Shown here: in pieces, positions 1-11,844 of the stretch
Layout of the letters: each line of letters begins with the position of its first letter
How positions within the stretch are numbered: the stretch's first letter is position 1
Origin: Hydrolagus affinis
Lineage: Eukaryota
Direction of reading: 5' to 3'
Length of the DNA stretch: 56,055 nt
NCBI GenBank assembly: GCA_012026655.1
Contig: JAAILG010002295.1
Span: 1 to 56,055 of the forward strand
The notes under the pieces: generated by a model
Databases searched by the model: none
What the model saw: only the letters and a program-made list of their open reading frames with translations
Told to the model about the DNA's origin: nothing
Program-made: the position numbers and the translations under genes

Positions 1-164
1 AAAAGGGAATTAGATCTTTATTTAGGGAGAACAGGTCTATTAGGCTATGGGGAGCGGGCAGGGCAGTGGGATTGAATCGCTCTTTTCAAAGAGCCGGCAC
101 AGACTAGATGGGCCGAATGGCCTCCTTTTGTGCCGTAAAATTCTATGATTCTATGATTCTATGA
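1..164 (+). mobile_element. CR1-type LINE 3' end
   Basis: GGGCCGAATGGCCTCC hairpin region and (TTCTATGA)n tail at 141-164. Same family as 36983-37491. Confidence 0.8.
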
Positions 165-522
165 TTTAGAATGTAACCTACCCACAATCTGTTAATAATG
201 ACTAGTTTAGCAAGGGTTAACGGTAGCTTTGCTGGACTGGTTGAGGTCAGTTACTGATTATATTCAATATTTTCCTGGGAAGATGTTGACTGGTCTGAGA
301 TAATGAGCGATTGGGTCCTTGAGCAGAGATGTACGAACAATGGACCAGAGAAAGACAAGGCCACAGCCTCAGACACCTGTCGATCTCAAGGCTGAAGGAC
401 AAGCAGCCTTCCATGGCCTCAGATAATATCTCATACGTTCATTACAGAATCCTTACAACAGGTCAGTAAGTGAGAAAAATATCCTTCCACCCTCAGCGTG
501 GCCCAGTTTTGCCCATCGTTAC

Positions 523-3500
523 CTTTGAGTCACTCACAGCTGGCTTCAAGCCAGCCATGTTGGCAAAGTACTGAATAACCTTCTTGGTGTTTTCTGTCTT
601 CCCAGCACCGGATTCTCCACTGGGCACGGAGAACAGTAACAGGATTACATTTTGTGGGGAGAAATAGAGTAAGTAAAATGTTTCAATTTAGCCCCAAATT
701 AATTATTTTTATCGGCAATGTTTTGACTATGGAGCTGAAATTCTCTTTTGTTAAATGTTACATTTGCAAAGAGTTACGCAAAATACTGAAGCAATGAACA
801 AATGGAAAAAGTCCAAACATTGGATCAATTAATATTTTTCTGAATGCATATTCAACAAAACACTCAATTAATAAATAAATGGAGAAAACTTAACACAAAT
901 GTTTTTTTTGTGTCATATATCTAGGTACAGTAAATGCTAATTTCGGCGGTGGCTTATTTTTGTATTGTAAACCAATCACACCCTGTAAAAGTTTATACTT
1001 CTGTATTTCGTGATCTGCTTATCAACTTGCATTTAGGAGAGGAAACATATCTGCGAAAAGCTACTTACGTGATGAGCATGGACTGATTTTCACGTTCTGT
1101 GGAAGGAAAAATAGAGTTCAAGATACTTAAGATATCGCGCACTATTTTACAAGCCTCAAAGACCCAGAACTGCCCAACTCTTGAATGACCTGCAGTGTTC
1201 CTCCAGCAGGAATGAACGAAAGAGCTTCAAACATGTGGGAAACACAACCGACTGAAGAGAATTGTAAAATAAATCCTTGGCATTAAAACGACCGCAAATA
1301 ATTTAACTTGATGCGTAGAAAGGAAGAATAATGGGGTATTTAATATCTCTTGTGTTGTTCCTGTGTCTGCATTTCTTATTGTACAGTCAATTCGCTTTAC
1401 AGTACAGAATATATTCTGTGAAGCGCCTTGAGACACGGTCTAGAAGACGCGATAAAGCCGCTAGATCAAATGCCAGGATTATTATTTCTTGCGTCTCCGA
1501 GGTGGAAATCGGACCAAGTAACTTCCTATTGTCTAATATGTTTCTCCCGTTCTATAGCTATGACAGGACTGTGTTGCGCCCAAGTCTCTCTTACCCATCA
1601 ACATGTCGTGGTAGGCGTTGTCAGAGATGGAGAAGAGATGAGGAGGCATCTCACTGCGTTTCTTGCCCTTGTACATCCGAGCCACTCTCGCGCCATAGAT
1701 GGGCAGCCACTTGTAGGGGTTCACTGTCACGCAGAACAACCCAGAGTAGGTCTGCAGAGAGTCAAACCAATAATATATACAGTCTATACTTTCCTCAGAA
1801 CAAACAGTTTTAACATCTTCCGACTGTGTTCATTAGACACCAGACAAATTGGACATCTTTGAAGACTGTCAACTGAGGAAGCGTGACATGGACAGGAATG
1901 GATAATTCTTTTATCTCATCCAACAACTACAACAACACAATTACACTTGTCTAGTGCCGTTCAGGTCAGGAGGATGTCCCAAGTTACTGCTCACAGACCC
2001 GAGCTGAGGACGGTGGGGGTGGGAGGGAAGGGGGGAATTAGGAGTTACCGATGGGTCCATCGCAGAGAAGATTCTTGAGGCGAGACTTGAAGGAGGCCAG
2101 GGAGGGGGGCGAGGTGGAGGGACTGCGGGATGGAGTTCCAGAGATCCTACAACTGGCCTAAAGTTTTGCCCCAAGCCGGGAATCAAAGCGGGTGGTCTCG
2201 CTGGTGCTCTAACCCCACGGGCAGACTTACATAGATTCTCATCTTGAAGTAACGCTGGCGGAGGTTGTCGAGGATGCTGGCCTCATTCAGGAAGGTCAGG
2301 TTGGCCATGTCTGTGGCCTGGTAAAACTTGGGGGGATTCATTTGGTCAACTTCTTCTTTCTTCAGGGTCAAAGTCTGCAAAGAAAAACAAACTTTAAATG
2401 TCTAGAGTTTATCAGTAATTTATTATATTGGCGTACAATAAAACAACACATAATCCAACCAACGGACCAGTTAGATACATGTTAATCTCTGAAATTAGAC
2501 TTGATCTTAGTCCGTTACATCTTAAAACGGTGGAGAATGATGGAAAATTCCTCAATTCGGTCTTTAGTTGGAGGTTGGTTTCCCCCGCAGTCGTTAAAAA
2601 GAAACCGGTTTTCCAATGGAAGGATATTCCACAATTAAGGGCGACCTTTAAATTTTTACGGCCGATGTTACAGGTTAAGATGAAGTGACATTTCAGGCTG
2701 GTATTTAGTGATATCCTGTTCTCTTCACTAGTACAATAAAAGAGCTCCATTCTCTTTACATCAAGATTTACCCATAGGTTATGCAGAAACTAAACCCCTT
2801 GTTTTCAGTTAAGGAGGATTCCTTACTCTTTAATCTAACTAGAATTTTAGACGACATGAAAAGAAATAACAGAATGACTATAATATATATAAAAATAATA
2901 AATCCTTCCATTTGATATAGAGGCTTTTCACATCTTATCAACGTGTCAAAGCTGCTTCACAGAATATACTGTCAAGTGAATAGACTGTATATATTTGTGG
3001 GCGAAACGCGGCAGCCAATTGCACACAGCAGCGTTTCCTCCCCCCCCCCCCCACAAACAGTCGTGGGTTGAAAATGACCAATTTTTATTATTGTGTTTTT
3101 TTGGGGGGGGGAGTGGGGGTGAGGGGCGGATTATCAACCCCTCGATCGCTCTGACCTTTGACAACTGGGATCATTTGCTGCCACTTATGCTCAGAGATTA
3201 GATAGAAACCAACAGGGACGGGTTGCAAAACACAAGGCACAATAATTATTTCTTCAAAAACTTTAAAGTATATATTTTTTGGGGGGGTGGGGGGGTGGTA
3301 GGGACGGGGTGGGGGGGAGGGACGGGACTTACGGTGTTCTTGACAGTCTTCACAACGACTTGGTCACCTTTTTCAGTCTGGATTTCACCTGCAATATAGC
3401 CCTCCTTGTCATCCTTGACCCAACAGGACTTCTTAATGTCGTAGGGTTTGTTGACAGCTTCCAGTTTCTCCTTGTCGGATGGAGCCAGGAAAAGAATGGG

Positions 3501-3536
3501 ATCCACGTCTTCACCACATTCTCCTTTTGTGGCCAT
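523..3536 (-). CDS. MYH16: Myosin heavy chain 16 (superfast/masticatory type), copy A; 5' five coding exons, gene continues beyond the left edge
   Basis: GT-AG exons 3536-3333, 2374-2231, 1751-1595, 1096-1069 and 619-523 splice in frame to [40 protein letters not shown]...[22 protein letters not shown]...[19 protein letters not shown]...[27 protein letters not shown] (P-loop). The N-terminus KGECG.DVDP..FLAP and PPKFYQA are MYH16-type. No lesions in the visible part. Confidence 0.9.
1921..2175 (-). mobile_element. L2-type LINE 3' fragment with (GTT)n tail
   Basis: Similar to 29460-29700. Related short copies at about 4755-4835, 5717-5890, 17945-18040 and 44195-44450. Confidence 0.65.
2890..3100 (-). 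mobile_element. Partial SINE; further partial copies at about 1382-1486(+), 5055-5345(+), 6730-6990(-), 12400-12520(-), 24555-24690(-), 28795-29017(+), 36290-36404(+), 38740-38840(-), 47598-47710(-)
   Basis: Shared core and tail CAGTCAATTCACTTTACAGTATATTCTGTGAAGCGCTTTG...CAAATGCAAGGATTATT. Confidence 0.75.
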
Positions 3537-4129
3537 TTTCGGGGTCGAAGAGGCTTTACCAGCAAAGGAACGCAAAGAGAAACACAAGTATTTCCCCCCT
3601 GTAAGATACATAAAACAAAACAAATTAACAGAGGGGGTGGGGGGGGGGTGGAAAGGGAAGGAGTAAACAGTTCAGAGAGTCTTTTGTTGCTGAAACATTC
3701 CCTCAGCCACTGTGCCTTTCTTCTGTACTTGGAGGGAGGAAGATGTCAAAAAAATCTGTACAAATGCTTAGAAATTGGAAAACAAACAACAAATGTATTA
3801 ATTATTTAATCTGCTGATGTTCTGCAATGTTTTACAACCTCAGCAACACGTAGAAAAACAAGCAACTAAAAGGTTAGAAGTTTTACCTGGGACTACAGTA
3901 GATTTACTCTATTTTCTTTATGGTGTATTTCAGAGTGGCTAGGACCAGGCAAATTCTCAAACACAGCCTAAATGTTGAAAGGCTCTTCGTATTCTACCAG
4001 ATTCTTAAAAATCTTTGCGTCTCCAACTTTAAAAATTTGTCTCCGACTCCAGGAAATAAAAAAAAACAGCTTCAATATTATGACTGAATTTAACAATATG
4101 GATATTCTGAAATGCTAAGAAAACCAGAA

Positions 4130-4132
<3 letters not shown>

Positions 4133-4170
<38 letters not shown>
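4133..4170. repeat. (TA)n microsatellite
   Basis: Read directly from the sequence. Confidence 0.9.
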
Positions 4171-4171
<1 letters not shown>

Positions 4172-4343
4172 ATAACAATCCTTTTCTTTTTACCCAGAAT
4201 CTAAAAAAAATAAATTTCTTTCTTATAAACTCATCGTCAACCAGACATCGACGTGACAGAGAAAGGCAATGTCATTGCAAACTTTGTTGTTAAATGCAAA
4301 AGTAGGTTAGTGACTTAAACACAGCAAAAATCACAGTACCTAC

Positions 4344-4582
4344 CAGACAGAGAGGCAGAGGTTAGATTGGGGTCTGAGTGGACGATCCCTTTTATAATTC
4401 ACATGATCTCCTGAGTCAGCGATAAGTCTCGAAAAATGATTACGGCAAAAAAAAACTGATTTGTCTCTCCTTTAATTGGCCGGTCTCTGTCTCCCCTGTG
4501 TAGGGGTGAGTTAATACCCTGTTTCTTGGGAATTCTGGAGTCGAGCTCCAGTCCATATAAGGGACTGGAGAACAGGTGTTCT
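4344..4582 (-). promoter_or_regulatory. MYH16: MYH16 copy A promoter and short non-coding exon 1
   Basis: Splice donor CTG|GTAGGT at 4344/4343, TATAAAA at 4396-4390, CCAAT at 4479-4475, GTTTCTTGGGAATT at 4521-4534, perfect CArG CCATATAAGG at 4553-4562, E-box CAGGTG at 4573-4578. Confidence 0.7.
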
Positions 4583-6604
4583 GTTTATAAAGAGATAATG
4601 TTGCGGTGGTGGTGATTATCTCAGTGACGACAATTTAAAATACGATGCGAGAGTATTACCATAATTCCTAATTCATACATTGTACAGGAGGAAAGTGCCG
4701 ACTGAGCCATTAGATTTTCTAACTGGTCGGTGGAGAAGCTGCCGTTACTCGAGTCAACAACAACAACAACAACGACAACAACATTACATTTACAGAGCGC
4801 CTTTCACGCCGGGAGGACGTCCCAAAGCGCTGTCAAAAGTTTTGCTCGATTAAAGTAAATGTGGAACTGAGTTGTGGGTTTCGCTCATTTTTTTGAGTCA
4901 CAAAATGTAAGAAGGATGTGAAAAAAAAAGGAAATGATAAAGCAGACCTCAGCCCTGGCCCTGGGGAGAAAGAATGAGCTGGGTCCCAGTTTACTCCAGG
5001 TTTACTGGAATCCTGTAGAGCATTGGTGGGAGAACTCGCCTCACAACCGTCAGGACTGAGGCAAGTTTCCTTACTCCACACAACTCAATTTAGCTAGCAG
5101 AGAGCACGAACCTGCTTGTTAGTCAATGGAGGTAATAATCCCTTTAAAAAACTTAAAATAATAATTCGGTCATTTCAATCTACGATCATGTGTGTGGGGG
5201 ACGCTGCTGTGCACAATTGGCTGCCGCGTTTCACCCACAAAATATACAGTCAATTCACTTTACAGAATATTCTGTGAAGCGCTTTGAGACATCTCAATGA
5301 CTTGATAATGCACTATATCAAATCAAATGATTATTATTAGTAGTAGTCATATTTCTGTAAAAATTTCAGAATTTGGCGAATCGTTCACTTAACTGCAGCT
5401 CTTACAACAATGTTACAGATAAATGGTCTCAAAACCGATTTAAGCATTTGCCAAATTCAGTAAGTTCCAAAATGCCACATACTGTACGCAGAATGGATCT
5501 AGGGTCAGGTGGAATTTCCTGAGTCAGTGGGAAAGAAGAAACCTACTCCTGGGTCAGTGGCGATGCAATTGTGGCAATTGGTAGGATATGGCTCCATGTT
5601 CAGGTGGGAGCTCAGTGTGCCGCACACTGTACCTCTAGACTTCTCGGTTCTGAATGAGGTGGACAGTGAAAGGATTGGCTTCAGGACAGTAAAGGATTGG
5701 CTCGTCAGTTTTGTACCAACAACAACACAAAGTTACACTTGTACAGCGCTTTTCACATCAGGAGGACGACCCAAGGCGCTGGACAGTAGGTGTTTCAGAC
5801 CTGAGCTGGGTTTGGGAATCCTAGAGGGTAGAGGATTAGGGGTGACCGATGGTACCGTGGAAGAGGAGGGCCTTGAGGTGGGACTTGATTAACACAGACT
5901 CGGTTAACTTTGTTATTGGTAATACAGGCTTGCAAAACGTGGAGAATTGTCTTGGAAGAGCTCTTTGCTTTAATAGACTGCTAGAATAGAAGATCTCAAA
6001 CTTCACTGAAAGTTGGTCCCGTCATTGAGGAGCTGAGTACGGAATCTGATAAGATTCAAGGCTCGGAATGGAGTGGAAAAGTCCATCCTTCCTGTGCAAA
6101 GCGGGCATCTTGGACTGTAAGATGAAGACACATCGGGGAGTTGGAGATATTTTATGTGTGCAGTTGATGTGCACTGATGTGTATCAAATGCCAAGGTAAA
6201 AAAAAACCTTTGAAATCTTACCCCAAGCAGAGAATTCCAGTTACGTGGCCATGCTGCTAAGAGCTCAACTGGGATGGATTGCTCATCTCCTCAGAATTTT
6301 GGAAAATGTCTGAAAATTGACCAGAAAAATCTTTGCTGCCTTGCCATCAGATCTGTCCATCTTTCTCTGGAATTTGGATGTGCAGACTCCAAGTGTGGGG
6401 TCCCTCTAACTCCCAACAGAGAGAGAGAGAGAGAGAGTGAGAGAGAGAGACGCAAAATAGTCCCAAAGTGTATAGATCCCATGGCACTATTCAAAAAGAG
6501 AATTGAGTTTCTCCTGGTGTCATGCCCAATAGTAATAATAACAATAATCCTGGCATTAGATATCGCGTCTTCTAGACTGAGTCTCAAAGTGCTTCACAGG
6601 ATAC

Positions 6605-6704
6605 NNNNNNNNNNNNNNNNNNNNNNNNNNNNNNNNNNNNNNNNNNNNNNNNNNNNNNNNNNNNNNNNNNNNNNNNNNNNNNNNNNNNNNNNNNNNNNNN
6701 NNNN
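6605..6704. other. Assembly gap (100 N) flanked by a duplicated 99-bp overlap
   Basis: 6506-6604 is repeated exactly at 6705-6803. Confidence 0.95.
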
Positions 6705-7368
6705 AGTTTCTCCTGGTGTCATGCCCAATAGTAATAATAACAATAATCCTGGCATTAGATATCGCGTCTTCTAGACTGAGTCTCAAAGTGCTTCACAGGA
6801 TACACTGTAAAGTGAATTGACTGTATATATTTGTGGGCGAAACGCAACAGCCAATTGCGCACAGCAGTGTCCCCCCCTCCCTCACCCACACACACACAGC
6901 AGTGTCCCCCCCCCACCACACACACACACACAGCAGCGTCCCTCCCCCACCCACCCACACACACATAGCAGCGTTCCCCCCCTCCCACAAACAATCTATA
7001 ATGAGGACAATATTCCAATAATCCCCACCGGTTAAAATTTAATCACTCAATTCATGGAAGTTTGTGGGGCATTGCCATGTGCAAATAGGTTGCCGTGTCC
7101 ACCTACAAATACACAGTCACTACACTTTGGTGTACATGCTCTGAAGTGCTTTGAGGTGTTTGCCATGATGTGGTGGGGGGTGGGGTGGGGAGGGAGGGGG
7201 AAGAGTGTGTAAGGATTGTTACTACGGTAAAACAATTAGCATTTGCTTTGAGAAATAATTGCAGCCCATTCCCCCACCAGCGTTGTGTTTCAATGGCCCT
7301 AATGTGATGCTTAGCAAAGCTATATTATATTAAGTATCACAGTCATTCCCGTTGGCATGTTTGCCATC

Positions 7369-7545
7369 CCTTATAAGGAGATTCGGCAGACCACACAATT
7401 CCCAAGAAACGCGCTATTAATTGTTCCCTCCACAGGGAACTGAGTGAAACCCAACCAGAACCCAGACGGAGAGAGGCATGTGAAGTTTTTCCATGTGTTA
7501 TTTTAAGTCGTTGCTTGCTCATGAGAATGGGTCAATGTATAAAAG
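7369..7545 (+). promoter_or_regulatory. Inverted MYH16-type muscle promoter module (CArG, AATTCCCAAGAAAC, TATTAA, TATA)
   Basis: CCTTATAAGG at 7369-7378, AATTCCCAAGAAAC at 7397-7410 (exact reverse complement of 4521-4534), TATTAA at 7415-7420, TATAAAAG at 7538-7545. Spacings match promoter A. Confidence 0.6.
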
Positions 7546-8562
7546 AACATTACAGACAGCGATGTCTGCTTCATTTTCTCTCTCTCTCTCTCTCTCTGGT
7601 GGCCGGTCAGGCTTCGAGTGGGGGAAAATCCTGGCGGTCAAGGAGTTTTACCATCATCTCCTTTGACATTAGCTTGTGTGGAGTACGCTAGCCACTTTGT
7701 AATGTAACCAGATCACGCCTCCGTTGAGGGAACTTTCTGCTGAATTACAAACAGTAAGAATCCTGGGGCTGGATCGACCTTCCACCCAAAAGACTTGACG
7801 TTAAAAAAATGTGTCTCGGTTTTTGTGTATTGTTGCGTGCTTCATTCTGCTTTGCTTCCAAGTGCTTGTCTTCGGGGTAATCCACTCACCAGACAAAGGA
7901 ATAAGTTCTTATCCAGATTAACTGGCAGAAATGGGGGAAGCAGTGATTCCCTTTGGCCTGGGGGAGTAAAATGACACAGTGCATCTCATCCAGCAACCTC
8001 TCTGCTCCTCTTTGTGTCTGAAGCATAGAATTACTTTACAGTAAGGCCTTAGAAGGGAGTCAGACTCCCGCTCACCTCAAGAAGCCACTGATGACATTAC
8101 AGTAGAGTACAAGTGTGTTGCAACTCACTGGGCAACGAGGATGGGATTGAAACTATAGCTTGTGTTCAGAGGCTGAAACTAAGTGTCCCCAGTGTTAAAT
8201 TCATATATCAAAATGTAATATTATTGTTGTTTCATTCTCCTTGAATGTGTGTGAACAGTATCTGTGTAGATTTCCACGTTCCCAGTTGCGTCTTAAAAAC
8301 AATCTGCTTCTCATTTAGCTTTTTGCCGACAGAATAAGAAAGAAGAAAAGTCCTGAGCGAGTGAAGCCACCGCATTCTCTACAGAGGGTTTGGATATCGG
8401 ATGGTTTAACCCCATGTTAGCAGTGATTTTGCGCGGTTGCATTAACCCTGAACAAGCCTTTGCTTGCCACTCGTGGTGGACCAGATGGCTAGTCACTGCA
8501 CACAGCGCAGTGAGGATGTATCTCATGACTGACTGTTTCTGCTTGTTTATCTCCTCCAGCGG

Positions 8563-8673
8563 ATGGAGATTCTCACTGCGTCCCGTTTATGGCTTGTTAA
8601 TGTCTTGTTAATGTCTTTGCTGCAATTGACGTCAGAGATTCCCAATTTACTGTCAAACGCATTAAACTGTTAA
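8563..8673 (+). CDS. Candidate 36-aa hydrophobic micropeptide MEILTASRLWLVNVLLMSLLQLTSEIPNLLSNALNC (speculative)
   Basis: Strong acceptor (CTGAC branch-like motif plus pyrimidine tract ending CTCCTCCAG at 8559) lies 3 nt before the ATG. AATAAA at 8726-8731. It lies downstream of the inverted promoter. No homology evidence. Confidence 0.25.
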   Translation: MEILTASRLWLVNVLLMSLLQLTSEIPNLLSNALNC

Positions 8674-9173
8674 GTGGTTACTCTGAGCCGACCAGTATCC
8701 GGACCGGAGTGTTGGACACAAGTATAATAAACACATGAGTAAATGAGGCTGGAATATTGATAGCCCGATGACTTAAATGGTAGTGACAGTTAACGCCAGG
8801 GTCCAGTTATTGGGAGTTTACTGTACATCAATTTAAAATAACTGTGTACGCTTGGTAGAGGTTAAACTCAGAATACGGTGTAATATAGTTTGCAAATATA
8901 GAGCCTTCGGAATTTGGCAAACTCTTAAATATCCAACCTTGAAATTCCTTTTCTTTCTGCAATCATATTGCTTACATTTGATGTACAGTACTGTAGTACC
9001 TGAACATATTGTAATGTCACAAAGCACCTCAGAGTTTAGTTGCAAGGTGCCAGGTACTGGCAAGCTCCCAGCAATGGCCCACAGACATGGAGTGAATGGC
9101 CTCTCATAATTACTGTATAAATCTATGGCCATTTGTTGGCTAAAACACTGGGGGAAATGTCCTCCTCTTTCCC

Positions 9174-9521
9174 AATAATAATAATAATAATAATAATCCT
9201 TGCATTTGATATAGCGCTTTCCACATCTTATCAACGTCCCAAAGCGCTTCACAGAATATACTGTAAAGTGAATTGACTGTGTATATTTGTGGGCAAATCG
9301 CGGCAGCCATATGCGCACAGCAGTGTCCCACACACAGTCGTGGATTGAAATGACCAATTTTATTATTGTGGTTTTTTTGGAGGGATTATTATTAGGCGTG
9401 TGGAGTAAGGAAACTTGCCCAAGGTTTCGCCCTGACCTGCCTGGATTTGAACACAGATCTCCCCAGCTTGGTCTCCCCAGCTTGCAAGACAAGTGCTCTA
9501 ACCACTGAGCCACAGGAGCTC
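9174..9521 (-). mobile_element. Full-length tRNA-derived SINE (Deu-domain-like core, L2-like tail, (ATT)n end)
   Basis: Head GTGGCTCAGTGGTTAGAGCAC (A box) with a B-box-like GTTCAAATCC, core GGCTGCCGCG.TT.GCCCACAAA, tail CAAATGCAAGGATTATTATT. Near-identical to 14752-15097. Confidence 0.85.
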
Positions 9522-11476
9522 GGGATCTTTAATATTCCCCCCCGAAATGGCAGAAGGGACTTGGTTCATTTCCTTCTGAAGGATAGCGCTGCTGGCAATA
9601 AAGCAATCAAAGTTCTTTTGCAGAAAACTTCTTTCAAAAGTGAAGGCTGAAGCCAATAATTCGCCAATTCCCGGACAATCTGGAATGCTGGGGGAATTAG
9701 AGCAGTAAATCTAGACGCAGGGAGAATTTATTCTACTTTGTGTTTACTTCCACTATCGCCCCCTCCACCCCCTACACAATGATCTACTTTATCACAGCCA
9801 AGATCAATTTGAAGAAGGTTTCTGTCGTTGTTTTTTGTGTTCCTTGTCCGTGGTTTACCAGAACCTAGAGGCAATATCATGTCATCTCAATTGATGGAAA
9901 TCTATCCCAGCTACAACAAAACAAAGCCAAACCTCCTTACAACCAGGCTGAGCTGGACGCCGTTCTCTTGTACTTAGCGAGGTTTTGCGACATGAGTAAC
10001 TCGAAGGAACACGACTGTAAAAGAACTGAGCTGCATCGGCGGTATTTGCAACACAACAGCTTTAAAATGGAACAGAACTATGTTTTTTCCCCCAGAGTCG
10101 CGTCAGAGTTGCTTCGAAAATCAAAGTCCCTTTATTCCGCTGCACACTGCTCTCTCTCTGTTCTCTGTGTCTGATGTTTCCATCGCAATATCAAGCAATT
10201 TCTTCAGAGACCGAGATTCCTTTTTTTTCCCATTTGAAGTTGTTAAGAGACCAGCAAGCTGTCTGTTGCCATGGGGGCCTAATCTAATGACTTCAAACCA
10301 CAGTACCTCTACCAATGAAAACCTCATAACACTGTTAGCAAGATATTCAATAAATGCCAATGCAATTACTGGTGTAATCATTGAGAGGGGGTTGGGGGGG
10401 AGGTAGTGGAAGGAGTTGGTCGGGGGGTGAAGAGACAGAGAGCTGAGAAAGGATGAGAAAGAAAGCAGATTAAAGAACTCAAGCGATGGTTAAATACACA
10501 TTTATAAGTTGTGTACCAGCAAAAAAAAACAGGCATTTAATTCCTCACAACTTGCAATGAAGAGATTTATTTTAGATCATCAGAGAAGGTGGGGTAGCTG
10601 GGCTATACACAGAAATGCGGACTCTATCTTTGACGTGAGCACGCAGAATTCCAGACTTAAGGCACATTATCGCAGGTTTGCGGCAACAAGGGGGTAACCA
10701 AGTAAGACCTTGACTGTTTAAGCACGCGTATATAATCTATCTACTGTATCTATAAAGCGAGATCATCTTAACCGATTGTTGGATCTTTCAAGGCTTTGTT
10801 GAAGATCCATCTCTGCCTTGTTCTGATCAAAGCTTCCGTCAGAAGTGTTAAGAGAAAAGGCTTCATTATATATATCGGTAACTTCAGCCCAACCTGATAA
10901 TGAGCAGCAATCAAGGAGCTTGTGCGTAACCCTGAAACCAAAAGGGAAAAGAGTTGGATTTAGACAAACCTACAGCCTAACGACACCATCTAAGCTGGTG
11001 CTGCTTGTAGAGAGTGAAAGGTTAGGGTTGTGACGAGGAGCATGCAGTGTTCTGCGTTTGTTATTGATTTCTCAAGATCCAGAATCAGAAACAGGTTTTG
11101 TTGTTGTTGTTGCTGTGACGTGCGTTGGATCCCGTCCAAAGGCATTGCAGTCCGCGCGATGACGTGCCACAAACCACCAACAACAACACCCTCCACCCCG
11201 GGCGGCTTCACCATCAACAAGCCACAAAAAGCTTCTTTACGTGGCGGCAACGGCCGCCCAACACTTCACAGATTCTGACTCTTAATTCTGACTCGTGGAA
11301 AGGCATTCGCGGTCATTGCTAATAGCGTGGATTTCTAAGTTCAGGCCTTCGATGGGACATCCTCCTGACATGAAAGGCGCTATACATATATGTATATATA
11401 CACACGCAAGTGTAATTTTGTTGTTGTTGTTTCAATAGGGATGGAGTGGCGGGATGCAAGTCTCATCACATTCAGA

Positions 11477-11512
<36 letters not shown>

Positions 11513-11587
11513 CATCTCCGTTGTTTTGGAGGAAGCAAAGGCAGAATGCGATTCAGGGAATTGAACTCACAGACACAAAGCAGCTGG

Positions 11588-11844
11588 TTTATTAGCAACA
11601 CTATCTCAGGGATCCTACCTACACCTCAGGGAAATAGGTGTGAAGGAATGCAAGCAGTAAAGCAGTAAGATTATTGCTGTGTGATGGCAAGCAGTAAACA
11701 GATAGTTCATTGAGAACATAAGTAAAGGAGATGGATCAGAGTTTGGTCCATAGGAACATATTCTTCATATGTACCTATGCCCCATACAAGCCTCAACTCT
11801 ATTTCTAACCCACTCTCCCATACGCTATTCTCTCTCTCTCGCTC
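11588..11844 (-). other. MYH16: Putative non-coding terminal 3' UTR exon of MYH16 copy B with polyadenylation signal
   Basis: Donor CTG|GTAAGT at 12060/12059, 17 nt after the stop codon. Acceptor TTACAG|G at 11845/11844. AATAAA at 11593-11588. Confidence 0.5.

Noticed and set aside
6506-6803. Exact 99-bp direct repeat on both sides of the N gap
   Set aside because: Typical unmerged contig overlap, so an assembly artefact rather than a biological duplication.
8833-9513. 226-aa ORF and similar ORFs ending KCKDYYYY
   Set aside because: Chance reading frames through SINE copies; the same peptide recurs wherever the SINE occurs.
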